Shown here: positions 35,986 to 44,572 of the stretch, piece by piece
Layout of the letters: every line of letters starts with the position of its first letter
Position numbering within the stretch: the stretch's first letter is position 1
Origin: Verrucomicrobiota bacterium
GTDB taxonomy: Bacteria > Verrucomicrobiota > Verrucomicrobiia > Opitutales > Seribacteraceae
Length of the DNA stretch: 64,000 nucleotides
Assembly: GCA_036127675.1 (NCBI GenBank)
Contig: JAYYRA010000040.1
Location: forward strand, 15,309-79,308
Reading direction: 5' to 3'
Position numbers and translations under genes: made by a program
Notes under the pieces: generated by a model
Seen by the model: only the letters and a program-made list of their open reading frames with translations
Databases searched by the model: none
What the model was told of the DNA's origin: nothing

Positions 35986-36849
35986 ATGCGTCTGTACATT
36001 TTTCATCAAACAAAATATCGATATCCATCTCCGGTAAAAGAAAGCTTTAATGAATTAAGGCTAAAACCTATCTCTAACGAGTGGCAGAAATGTGAGAGTT
36101 GCTTCGTTAATGTCATTCCTACTGCGCAGCTAAGACAGTACTTGGATTTAAACGGAAACCTAGTTCATCATTTCGAGATTCCCCAAGATCACTCGAAGTT
36201 GATTATTGAAAGCCGCTCCACGGTTACCACTCAATCAAGAGTTAATTTCGAAGCTTTTCCATATGGCAAAACAATGAAATCCCTGAGGGAAGTTGAGGGT
36301 CAGACAGACGCCCGTCCTTATTTACAAAGCTCATCCTATGTGGAAATTAACCCAGAAGCCTGGCGTCTGGCAGTTGATATACAAGGTGAGTCTCAGGATA
36401 TATTCCAGACTGCTTACCAAATTATGGCCTTCATTTACTATAACTTTGAGTATTCGAAATCTACTACATCAGTTGATACACATGGAAACCAAGCCTTGGA
36501 GTTGCGAAAAGGGGTATGTCAGGACTTTGCCCATGCAGCTTTGGTCTTATGCAGATGCTTGGGAATTCCGGCCCGCTATGTAAGCGGATATTTTTTCGAC
36601 CGTACGAGGGATCAAACCATGAGAGGTTCCGAGGCTTCTCATGCATGGATCGAAGTTTTGGTAAATGGTTTTGGGTGGTATGGATTAGATCCCACTAACA
36701 ACCAGGTAGTTGATGAAAACTATATCGTTCTTGGAACAGGCTTGGATTATAAGGATGTCGCTCCGGTAACCGGTAGTTATTTTGGAAAACTCCCCAAAAG
36801 CATGGAAGTAAGCGTAACCGTAAAGAGATTGGATGGCTCAAGCAATTAA
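35986..36849 (+). CDS. Transglutaminase-like protein (with Bact_transglu_N domain)
   Basis: H.TKYRY N-terminus; catalytic GVCQDFAH, ARYVSGY, SHAWIE, DPTN. Confidence 0.93.
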   Translation: MRLYIFHQTKYRYPSPVKESFNELRLKPISNEWQKCESCFVNVIPTAQLRQYLDLNGNLVHHFEIPQDHSKLIIESRSTVTTQSRVNFEAFPYGKTMKSLREVEGQTDARPYLQSSSYVEINPEAWRLAVDIQGESQDIFQTAYQIMAFIYYNFEYSKSTTSVDTHGNQALELRKGVCQDFAHAALVLCRCLGIPARYVSGYFFDRTRDQTMRGSEASHAWIEVLVNGFGWYGLDPTNNQVVDENYIVLGTGLDYKDVAPVTGSYFGKLPKSMEVSVTVKRLDGSSN

Positions 36850-38531
36850 ATGTTATTTGACCTGCTTGTTTGAGGGATTGAATCCAATAGTTCTTGCGTG
36901 TAAGGAGATTTGGGCTGTTGGCAGATTTCTTCGGCGTTCCCGTGTTCTTCGATTCGCCCGGATCGCATAACGACAATATCATCGGATATGTGCCTAACGA
37001 CGCACAAGTCATGAGAAATGAAAAGGTAGGTTAGGTTGCGAGATTCTTTTAATTCTTGTAGCAAGTTCAGTACTTGAGCCTGAACCGAGACATCCATTGC
37101 ACTTACGCATTCATCACATACAATAAATTCCGGCTGGGTAGTTAGTGCACGGGCAACGCAAATCCTTTGCCTTTGCCCACCAGAAAATTCGTGGGGGTAT
37201 CTTTTCAGGTGGGCCGATTCAAGGCCAACCTCTTCAAGTAAACTAACTGCCAAGTTTGTTCGGTCGGATTGATTCGATTCAATTTTATGAACCTCCATTG
37301 GCTCGGTTAAGGTTTGCTCGATGGTCAATCTGGGGTTCAGGGAAGCATAAGGGTCCTGAAAGATGATTTGCATCTTTTTTCTGAAAGAGAGAAACTCCTT
37401 CGTTCCTATGTCGGCGATATTTCGTCCATCGATCAAGACCTCGCCAGAGGTAAACTTGACCAGCCTCAAAATAGCTCTTCCCAAAGTCGTTTTACCTGAA
37501 CCCGATTCCCCGACAAGCCCAATAGTCTTACCTTTCACTAGGTTTAAATTCACTCCATCCACTGCCTTTATTATATTTTGTTGTCCAGCTTGCGGAAAAT
37601 GAACTTTCAAATCTTTGATCTCCAACCAGTTTGAGCCACCTTCCGGCATGTGATTTTTCAAAGATTGCTCTTTTGATTCAGTAGCTGAAGAAGATTTTTC
37701 TTTCATGAAATCATCCACAGTTGGTAGGCGGTCCATTGTTTTGGAGAAAGTCGGTCTGCAAGCGATCAATGCCTTAACATATGGATGAGTCGGAGCAGTG
37801 AAGATTTCCCTAGTGGTATTCTCCTCTACAATTTTTCCCTTGTACATTACTACAACTCGATCTGCGATTTCTGCCACCACTCCCAAATCATGACTAACGA
37901 ATAATATACTCATATCCATTTCCTTGGATAGCTTCCGCAGCAGTTTTAGAATTTTTGCCTGAACGGTTACATCTAGGGCGGTCGTTGGTTCGTCTGCAAG
38001 AAGGAGTTCTGGCTTGGTCACCAATGCCATTGCGATCATTGCTCTTTGCCGCATTCCTCCGGAGAATTCATGAGGGTATGCCTTCTGGCGGTTTCTGATG
38101 TCAACAACTCCCACCCTTTCAAGCATTTCCAAGGCTTGTTTTTTCGCCTCCTCATGAGAACTGACCAGATTATGAATAATCAGAGGCTCAGCCACTTGCT
38201 CTAAGACGCTAAGATATGGATTAAGGCAGCTCATTGGGTCTTGAAAGACCATGGAGATCGACTTTCCTCGTAAAGTGCGAATTTCGTCCCTACTGGATCT
38301 TATAAGATCTTTCCCATTAAAATAAATTTCTCCGGATTCAATTTTTGCCGGTGGGGTAGGAAGTAAGTTCAATAAAGAATGGCAGGTAACGGATTTTCCA
38401 GAACCGGACTCACCAACCAAGCCGACAATTTCTCCTTTGGAAATGGAAAAGTCGACTCCATTCACCGCTTTTACTATTCCTTCTCGAGTGTGAAAGAAAG
38501 TCTTCAATGTCTTGATTTTCAATCCCTTCAT
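36846..38531 (-). CDS. Peptide ABC transporter ATP-binding protein with duplicated ATPase domains (OppD-OppF fusion)
   Basis: Two GESGSGK Walker A motifs and two PHEFSGG signatures. Confidence 0.93.
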   Translation of the reverse strand: MKGLKIKTLKTFFHTREGIVKAVNGVDFSISKGEIVGLVGESGSGKSVTCHSLLNLLPTPPAKIESGEIYFNGKDLIRSSRDEIRTLRGKSISMVFQDPMSCLNPYLSVLEQVAEPLIIHNLVSSHEEAKKQALEMLERVGVVDIRNRQKAYPHEFSGGMRQRAMIAMALVTKPELLLADEPTTALDVTVQAKILKLLRKLSKEMDMSILFVSHDLGVVAEIADRVVVMYKGKIVEENTTREIFTAPTHPYVKALIACRPTFSKTMDRLPTVDDFMKEKSSSATESKEQSLKNHMPEGGSNWLEIKDLKVHFPQAGQQNIIKAVDGVNLNLVKGKTIGLVGESGSGKTTLGRAILRLVKFTSGEVLIDGRNIADIGTKEFLSFRKKMQIIFQDPYASLNPRLTIEQTLTEPMEVHKIESNQSDRTNLAVSLLEEVGLESAHLKRYPHEFSGGQRQRICVARALTTQPEFIVCDECVSAMDVSVQAQVLNLLQELKESRNLTYLFISHDLCVVRHISDDIVVMRSGRIEEHGNAEEICQQPKSPYTQELLDSIPQTSRSNNI

Positions 38532-39421
38532 TAATCCTTGGAGCTTTTTGGATCTAATGCGTCCCGCAAGCCATCACCGATGAAATTTAAACAGAATAAG
38601 GTTAGGCAAAAAAAGAAACCGGGAAAGATTAGCAGCCAAGGGGCAACATCCATTTTTTCTGCTCCTTCCTTGATTAAGCTACCCCAAGAAGCCATCGGTG
38701 CTTGAACTCCTAGACCCAAAAAGCTCAAGACTGCTTCCAGAAGCATCACCGCTGGTACGGTTAATGTAGCATATACAATAATCGGGCCAAGGAGATTGGG
38801 TAGAATATGATAAAAGAGGATACGAGCATCTTTATAGCCTAAGGCATGGGCAGCTTCGATAAATTCGGCATTTTTTAAATGAAGGGTCTGAGCCCGTGTG
38901 ATGCGGGCCATGGTTAACCACTCGACAGCACCAATAGCCAGAAAAAGAAGGTAGAAGTTTCTGCTAAAAAGAACCATTAGTAAAATTACGAATATTGTGA
39001 ACGGCAAGGAATAGAGGATGTCGACAAATCGCATCATGAAGGCATCCACTTTTCCCCCGATGTATCCTGAAACCATACCATAGGTAACTCCAATAACTAG
39101 AGAAACCAAAGTTGCAAGTAGGCCTACGGCTAAAGAAATTCTTCCTCCGTAGCTTGCTCGGGCAAAGAGATCTCGGCCTAAGTTATCGGTTCCAAACCAA
39201 TGTTTTTCTCCTGGAGGTAAGAACTGATTTTCTAAGTTTTGTTCATCGTATTCAAAGGAACAGAGTTCTGGACCAATAAAAGAGAAGGTTAGAATGAAAA
39301 TCAAGGTACACAGACTAAAAACCGCCATACGGTTGGAGCGTAAACGCAGCCATGCGTCCTTTGTCAGGGATGATCCTTTTTCTACTTTCAACTCGACTCC
39401 CTTGCTTTCGGATCCAACCAA
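38531..39421 (-). CDS. oppC: Oligopeptide ABC permease
   Basis: HWFGTDNLGRD, EFIEAA..LG, HILPN, GDGLRDALDPK. Confidence 0.9.
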   Translation of the reverse strand: MVGSESKGVELKVEKGSSLTKDAWLRLRSNRMAVFSLCTLIFILTFSFIGPELCSFEYDEQNLENQFLPPGEKHWFGTDNLGRDLFARASYGGRISLAVGLLATLVSLVIGVTYGMVSGYIGGKVDAFMMRFVDILYSLPFTIFVILLMVLFSRNFYLLFLAIGAVEWLTMARITRAQTLHLKNAEFIEAAHALGYKDARILFYHILPNLLGPIIVYATLTVPAVMLLEAVLSFLGLGVQAPMASWGSLIKEGAEKMDVAPWLLIFPGFFFCLTLFCLNFIGDGLRDALDPKSSKD

Positions 39422-40308
39422 GCCTGAAGAAAATCTACCAGCAAGTTGAGGAGGATGATTAAGGTGGCATAGAAAAGAACCGTGCCCAGCACCATGGTAT
39501 AATCTCGATTAAATGCTGCAGTTACGAAAAATTTCCCAAGACCCGGTATGAAGAAAATACTTTCGATAATAAAGGAACCGCTAACTAATCCCGCAAAGGC
39601 TGGTCCAAGAAAAGTCACAACGGGAAGAAGCCCACCTCTCAAAGCATGTTTAATTACCACTCGGGTTGGAGAGGCTCCCTTAGCCCGTGCAGTTCGTACA
39701 TAATCCTGCTTGAGAGTTTCAAGCATGCCGGCTCTGGTTAATCGAGCAACATATGCGGCGTAAAAAAGGCCCAAGGTGAAAGACGGTAGAATAAGATCTG
39801 CCCAAGAGTGCCACCCTAGTGCGGGTAGGAGTTGGAGCTTTGTGGAAAAAACAAGAATGAGTATTGGGCCAAGAACGAAAGTGGGAAGGCAAATTCCTAT
39901 CATGGCTAGACCCATCGGCAAGTAATCCCAGAGAGTATTTTTCCGAAGTGCTGCGATTATACCAGCCGGTAATCCAAAAGCTAGGGCAATTAGCAATGCG
40001 GCGACCCCTAGGCTGACTGATACGGGGAAGGCTATACCAATAAGTTCAGAAACTTCCCATCCGACATACTTGAAGGAGGGCCCTAGGTCTCCCCTTAGTA
40101 GATTCTTCATGTATAAAAAATATTGCTCGAAAATAGGGAGATTCAGTCCAAAATGACTTTCTATTTTAACTTTGATTTCTTCAGGGATGGCTTTTTCCGA
40201 GTCAAATGGACCTCCTGGAGCAAACCTAGTCATGAAAAAGGTCAAGGTTGCAATAATCAGCAGAGTGGGAATGGCTTGAAGCAGTCTGGATAAAAGGAAG
40301 GATTTCAT
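39388..40308 (-). CDS. oppB: Oligopeptide ABC permease
   Basis: APGGPF, GDLGPSF, DYVRTARAKG, NRDY, LDPK. Confidence 0.9.
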   Translation of the reverse strand: MKSFLLSRLLQAIPTLLIIATLTFFMTRFAPGGPFDSEKAIPEEIKVKIESHFGLNLPIFEQYFLYMKNLLRGDLGPSFKYVGWEVSELIGIAFPVSVSLGVAALLIALAFGLPAGIIAALRKNTLWDYLPMGLAMIGICLPTFVLGPILILVFSTKLQLLPALGWHSWADLILPSFTLGLFYAAYVARLTRAGMLETLKQDYVRTARAKGASPTRVVIKHALRGGLLPVVTFLGPAFAGLVSGSFIIESIFFIPGLGKFFVTAAFNRDYTMVLGTVLFYATLIILLNLLVDFLQAWLDPKARESS

Positions 40309-41945
40309 TGCTCTGCTTCAGCTTCAAGGTGAATGTATTTGTAGGGATGGTGGTTCAGTAGCGTCGGGTACCAACCTTTTACCGTCGGATGACGCAAAGA
40401 AACCTGTACATAAAAATACAAAGGTAGAATCGGAACCTCATCTGCAAGCAAGTCTTCACATTTCTGGAAATGAGTGAATCTTTCCAAAGGTTCAAGTGAT
40501 TGTTCTGCAAGTTGGAGGGAAAGATCATAGTCCGCATTGGACCAACCGGTTAAGTTATTTCCATCACCGGTTCTCCAAAGGTGCAGAAATGTGTTAGCGT
40601 CCACATAATCTCCAATCCAACCTGCACGAGCAATCGAGTAATCACCATTTGATATAGTTGAAAGAAAAACTTTCCATTCCATGTTTAACAATTGAATTTC
40701 AATACCAAGAGCTTTTTTCCACATTGCCTGCAGGGCCTCGGCAACTTTTTTGTGTCCTTCCGAAGTGTTGTAACTGAGTTCAAATGGAGGAAGTTCATCC
40801 ATCCCTTTTTCTTTCAGATAGGAATCCAAAAGTTGCTTGGCTTTCTTTGGGTCATAACCGTAACCTTCCTTAGCAGTGAAACCACCGGTGTTGGGCGGAG
40901 TAAAGCAGTAGGCCGGAAGTTGCCCACCCTTTAGGACTTTTTCGACCAGTAAATCCCGGTTGACGGAGAGACTTAGGGCTTTTCGAACCCGAACATCGTC
41001 AAATGGTGGTTTCTCCAAATTAAAACGATAGTAGTAAGTTCCCAAGTATGGTTCGAAATGAATCCATTCCGGATGGTTTTGTTTTAGAAATTCAATTCGG
41101 TCAGAGGAAACGGTTTGGGTAACATGTAAATAGCCCGTGCGGAAAGCCCGTTCCTCGGTGTCTGCAGTTTCAATTGGATAAAATTTAATTGCCGAAAGCC
41201 GCGTTTTGTTTCTATCCCAATAAGTTTCGGCAACGCTTGCTTCTATAACTGAATTAATTTTGTGCTCGGACAGTTTGAAAGGTCCGTTTCCAATAAAATT
41301 TTCCGGCTTGGTCCACTTGGTACCGATGCGTGCAAAGGCATCAAATTTTTCTATGGTGGGTGGATGTACTGGGAACCATGCATAATGATTGAGCAATTCC
41401 AAAAAATAAGGAGTCTGGTTTTCGAGAATCAACTCAAGTGAATAATCGTTTATGGCGGTAACTCCAACATCTGCTTCTTCCCATACTTTTTCTCCCGAAT
41501 GATAAATCTTGGCGTTTTTCAATACATGAAGCATGGAAGCGTATTTAGCTCCAAGATCAGGATTCAAAATCCGTTTGTAGGAATATACGAAATCATGGGC
41601 AGTAACCGAATCGCCATTGTGCCAAAGAGCATCTTTACGCAATTGAAAAAGATATCTTTTTTTATCTGAAGAAATTTGCCAACTTTCAGCAACTCCAGGT
41701 AAGGGTTGAAGAGTTTTGGGATCCTCTGAAACCAAGCCTTCCAGAAGAGCGGATAGAATATTATGGGCGGCTACACTTGTTGCTAAATGCGGATCCAGAT
41801 ACTGGGGTTCCGCTCCCAATCCGAAATGGAGAACCTGTTCCTCGATTGCTCGTTCAACATTGGACGGAGCGGAGCAGGAAGAAAAGATTAACTGACCGAG
41901 TATACAAATCCCTGATAAATAAAAGTGTTTTGTAAGGAAGGTCAT
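40305..41945 (-). CDS. oppA: Oligopeptide-binding lipoprotein
   Basis: Lipobox FSSC; EPQYLDP, PGVAESW, VTAHDFVYS, GNGPF, RAGWIGDY. Confidence 0.9.
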   Translation of the reverse strand: MTFLTKHFYLSGICILGQLIFSSCSAPSNVERAIEEQVLHFGLGAEPQYLDPHLATSVAAHNILSALLEGLVSEDPKTLQPLPGVAESWQISSDKKRYLFQLRKDALWHNGDSVTAHDFVYSYKRILNPDLGAKYASMLHVLKNAKIYHSGEKVWEEADVGVTAINDYSLELILENQTPYFLELLNHYAWFPVHPPTIEKFDAFARIGTKWTKPENFIGNGPFKLSEHKINSVIEASVAETYWDRNKTRLSAIKFYPIETADTEERAFRTGYLHVTQTVSSDRIEFLKQNHPEWIHFEPYLGTYYYRFNLEKPPFDDVRVRKALSLSVNRDLLVEKVLKGGQLPAYCFTPPNTGGFTAKEGYGYDPKKAKQLLDSYLKEKGMDELPPFELSYNTSEGHKKVAEALQAMWKKALGIEIQLLNMEWKVFLSTISNGDYSIARAGWIGDYVDANTFLHLWRTGDGNNLTGWSNADYDLSLQLAEQSLEPLERFTHFQKCEDLLADEVPILPLYFYVQVSLRHPTVKGWYPTLLNHHPYKYIHLEAEAEQ

Positions 41946-42070
41946 GAGATAATAACAAACTAGAAACTGAATAGGGTGAAGATCATTGCAAGAAAAAGGA
42001 TACTTGGATCGCCAAATTTCAATTTCTTTGCTTTGCTCAACAAGGGTAAGTCCCTAAATAGAACAATTTG

Positions 42071-43495
42071 ATGCGAGATTACTTTACAAGAAGATTGCTT
42101 TTGATTCCCCCGACCTTGCTTGGAATCAGTATCTTGGTGTTTGCGATCACCCGTTTGGCACCGGGGGGCCCTTTGGAACAGGCATTGATGCAAATGCAAC
42201 AGGTTTCCCAAGATGGTGGAGTAGGGCAGGGAACGGGCTCGGATCAGTCTCTTTCACGGGATCAGATGGAACAAATGAAACGTTTGTATGGATTTGATAA
42301 GCCTCACTGGGAGGCTTATTTAGTTTGGCTTGGAGTAATGCCAAGGGAAACTGAATTTAGACAAATTCGCTTTTCCAATTTTGAGTACGAAATTTCAGAG
42401 AGGGTAAGAATCCCAGGTTTTCATCTTGCTGAACTGGATTGGGATAGAGACGGCTATGTTCAGCGGGAGGAAGTTCCTAGAAAAATTTCGAGGTATGTGA
42501 AGTTCGATAAAATTGATCTGAACAGAGACGGCGAAATTGATGCTTTCGAGGCTAGTCAAATCAATTCTTTCATAGAAGGCGCAAGGGAAAGGATTGATCT
42601 GCGTAGGGATAAAGAAGGCGGAGTGGAATTACTCAATGAGACTGAATTACTTGGAAATTGGACGGTTAGGATGAGAGAAGAAAATAAAGAAGATCAAAAG
42701 TCAGCACCTACAGCCGAACTTTTTATGACCCAGTATGAAGGAGTTATTCAGGGAAACTTTGGACAGTCGGTAAGATATGGTGAATCTGTTTTGCAAGTTA
42801 TAGCAGAACGATTACCAGTTTCTACATATTTTGGTCTGCTCACTTTTTTAATCACTTATTTAATTAGTATCCCTTTGGGGGTTTTTAAAGCAATTCGTCA
42901 CAATCAGCTTTCGGACGATTTGACTTCGGTTTTAATTTTTGTTGGCTATGCCGTACCGGGATATGCACTTGGTTCTCTCTTGCTCCTATTTTTATCCGTG
43001 GGTTTGGACCTTTTGCCCATGGGGGGATTGGTCAGTGAGGGCTTTGAGCAGTTTAATCTTTGGGAAAAATTCACCGATCTGGCGGCTCATACGATTCAGC
43101 CTTTATGTTGTTATTTAATTGGCGGTTTTGCCTTTGTTACCATGCTTATGAAAAATCATTTGATGGACAACCTCTCTGCTGATTATGTCCGTACAGCCAT
43201 GGCAAAGGGTGTTTCATTTAAAAATGCGATACGTAAGCATGCCTTGAGAAACTCATTCGTGCCACTTGCCACAAATGTGGGTCATCAAATTACACTTTTT
43301 GTCACCGGATCATTTCTAATCGAAACCATTTTTGATATCGATGGGTTTGGACTGCTTGGCTTCAATTCAGTAATAGACAGGGATTATCCAGTGGTAATGG
43401 GTATTCTAACGCTATCTGCAACTCTTATGTTGCTTGGTAATATTCTTTCAGATGCGTTGGTCGCGTTGGTCGACCCAAGAGTAAGATTTGAGTGA
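42071..43495 (+). CDS. yejB: Peptide ABC permease, YejB-like, with an inserted EF-hand pair
   Basis: RRLLLIPPTL, APGGP, YGFDKP, DYVRTAMAKG, RDYPV, VDPRV; insert DWDRDGYVQREE / DLNRDGEIDAFE. Confidence 0.85.
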   Translation: MRDYFTRRLLLIPPTLLGISILVFAITRLAPGGPLEQALMQMQQVSQDGGVGQGTGSDQSLSRDQMEQMKRLYGFDKPHWEAYLVWLGVMPRETEFRQIRFSNFEYEISERVRIPGFHLAELDWDRDGYVQREEVPRKISRYVKFDKIDLNRDGEIDAFEASQINSFIEGARERIDLRRDKEGGVELLNETELLGNWTVRMREENKEDQKSAPTAELFMTQYEGVIQGNFGQSVRYGESVLQVIAERLPVSTYFGLLTFLITYLISIPLGVFKAIRHNQLSDDLTSVLIFVGYAVPGYALGSLLLLFLSVGLDLLPMGGLVSEGFEQFNLWEKFTDLAAHTIQPLCCYLIGGFAFVTMLMKNHLMDNLSADYVRTAMAKGVSFKNAIRKHALRNSFVPLATNVGHQITLFVTGSFLIETIFDIDGFGLLGFNSVIDRDYPVVMGILTLSATLMLLGNILSDALVALVDPRVRFE

Positions 43496-44571
43496 TTAAA
43501 ATGTTTCAACTCAATCCACTTACTCGCAAGAAACTTGCCCGCTTTCGTTCCATCAAGCGAGGTTACTGGTCTTTTCTGATTTTGGTATTTCTATACCTTT
43601 TGAGTTTGGCCGGGGAGTTGTTCGTTAATAACAGGGCATTGCTTGTTTCCTATAACAATGAGATTTTCTTTCCGACTTATGGTGAGCAAATGAGTGGTAA
43701 GGATTTTGGCTTGGACTATGAATACGAAGTCGATTACCGGGAACTTAAAAACAAATTTCACCAAGAGGGTTCAGGCAACTGGGTTCTTATGCCGATTGTT
43801 CCATACAGCCCTTACGAAATGGATTACGCGGATGAGGAAAACACAGGGTTCTCTCCACCCAATTTCAAAAGAGGTCATTTTTGTGGAACAGATAAAACGG
43901 AAAGGGATGTCTTGGCACGATTGCTTTTTGGTTTCCGGATAGCGATGACTTTTGCCATTGGTTATCTTGTTCTTACCTATCTCATCGCTATTGCCGCCGG
44001 GAGTCTAATGGGATACTTGGGCGGAAAGAGTGATATGCTTGGCCTGCGTTTCGTTGAGATTTGGGCAAATGTTCCATTTCTTTACATGGTCATTATCTTA
44101 GTCTCAGTAATGCCTGGAGGATGGGGGGTGGGTTGGCAGATATCTTCTCTTTTGATTATCATGGTTATGTTCTCATGGACTGGAATGACTTATTATATTC
44201 GTGCTTCTGTTTATAAGGAAAAATCTAGGGATTACATTGCTGCAGCAAGGGTAATTGGGGCGAGTCCCTTAAGGATAATTTTTAAGCACATCCTTCCAAA
44301 TGTAGTTTCCACCCTGGTGACCTTTGCTCCCTTTACCATAGCAGCTGCGATTTCTTCGATTACAGCACTCGATTTTTTGGGCTATGGGTTACCGCCTCCA
44401 ACTCCGAGTTGGGGAGAACTTCTAAAGCAGGGGGTCAGTAATTTGAGAACCGCACCGTGGATTGTTATTTCTACGGTTACTGCACTGGTATTTACTCTTA
44501 CCCTTGTTACTTTTATCGGCGAAGCGGTGCGCGAGGCATTTGATCCTAAAAAATTTTCCACTTACGAATAA
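43492..44571 (+). CDS. yejE: Peptide ABC permease, YejE-like
   Basis: RFRSIKRGYWS, GTD...RDVLARL, LDFLGYGLPP, GEAVREAFDP. Confidence 0.85.
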   Translation: MIKMFQLNPLTRKKLARFRSIKRGYWSFLILVFLYLLSLAGELFVNNRALLVSYNNEIFFPTYGEQMSGKDFGLDYEYEVDYRELKNKFHQEGSGNWVLMPIVPYSPYEMDYADEENTGFSPPNFKRGHFCGTDKTERDVLARLLFGFRIAMTFAIGYLVLTYLIAIAAGSLMGYLGGKSDMLGLRFVEIWANVPFLYMVIILVSVMPGGWGVGWQISSLLIIMVMFSWTGMTYYIRASVYKEKSRDYIAAARVIGASPLRIIFKHILPNVVSTLVTFAPFTIAAAISSITALDFLGYGLPPPTPSWGELLKQGVSNLRTAPWIVISTVTALVFTLTLVTFIGEAVREAFDPKKFSTYE

Positions 44572-44572
44572 A

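Noticed and set aside
44462-44572. ORF-track 5' extension of the YejA-like protein
   Set aside because: Overlaps yejE; ATG 44573 gives a normal lipoprotein signal.
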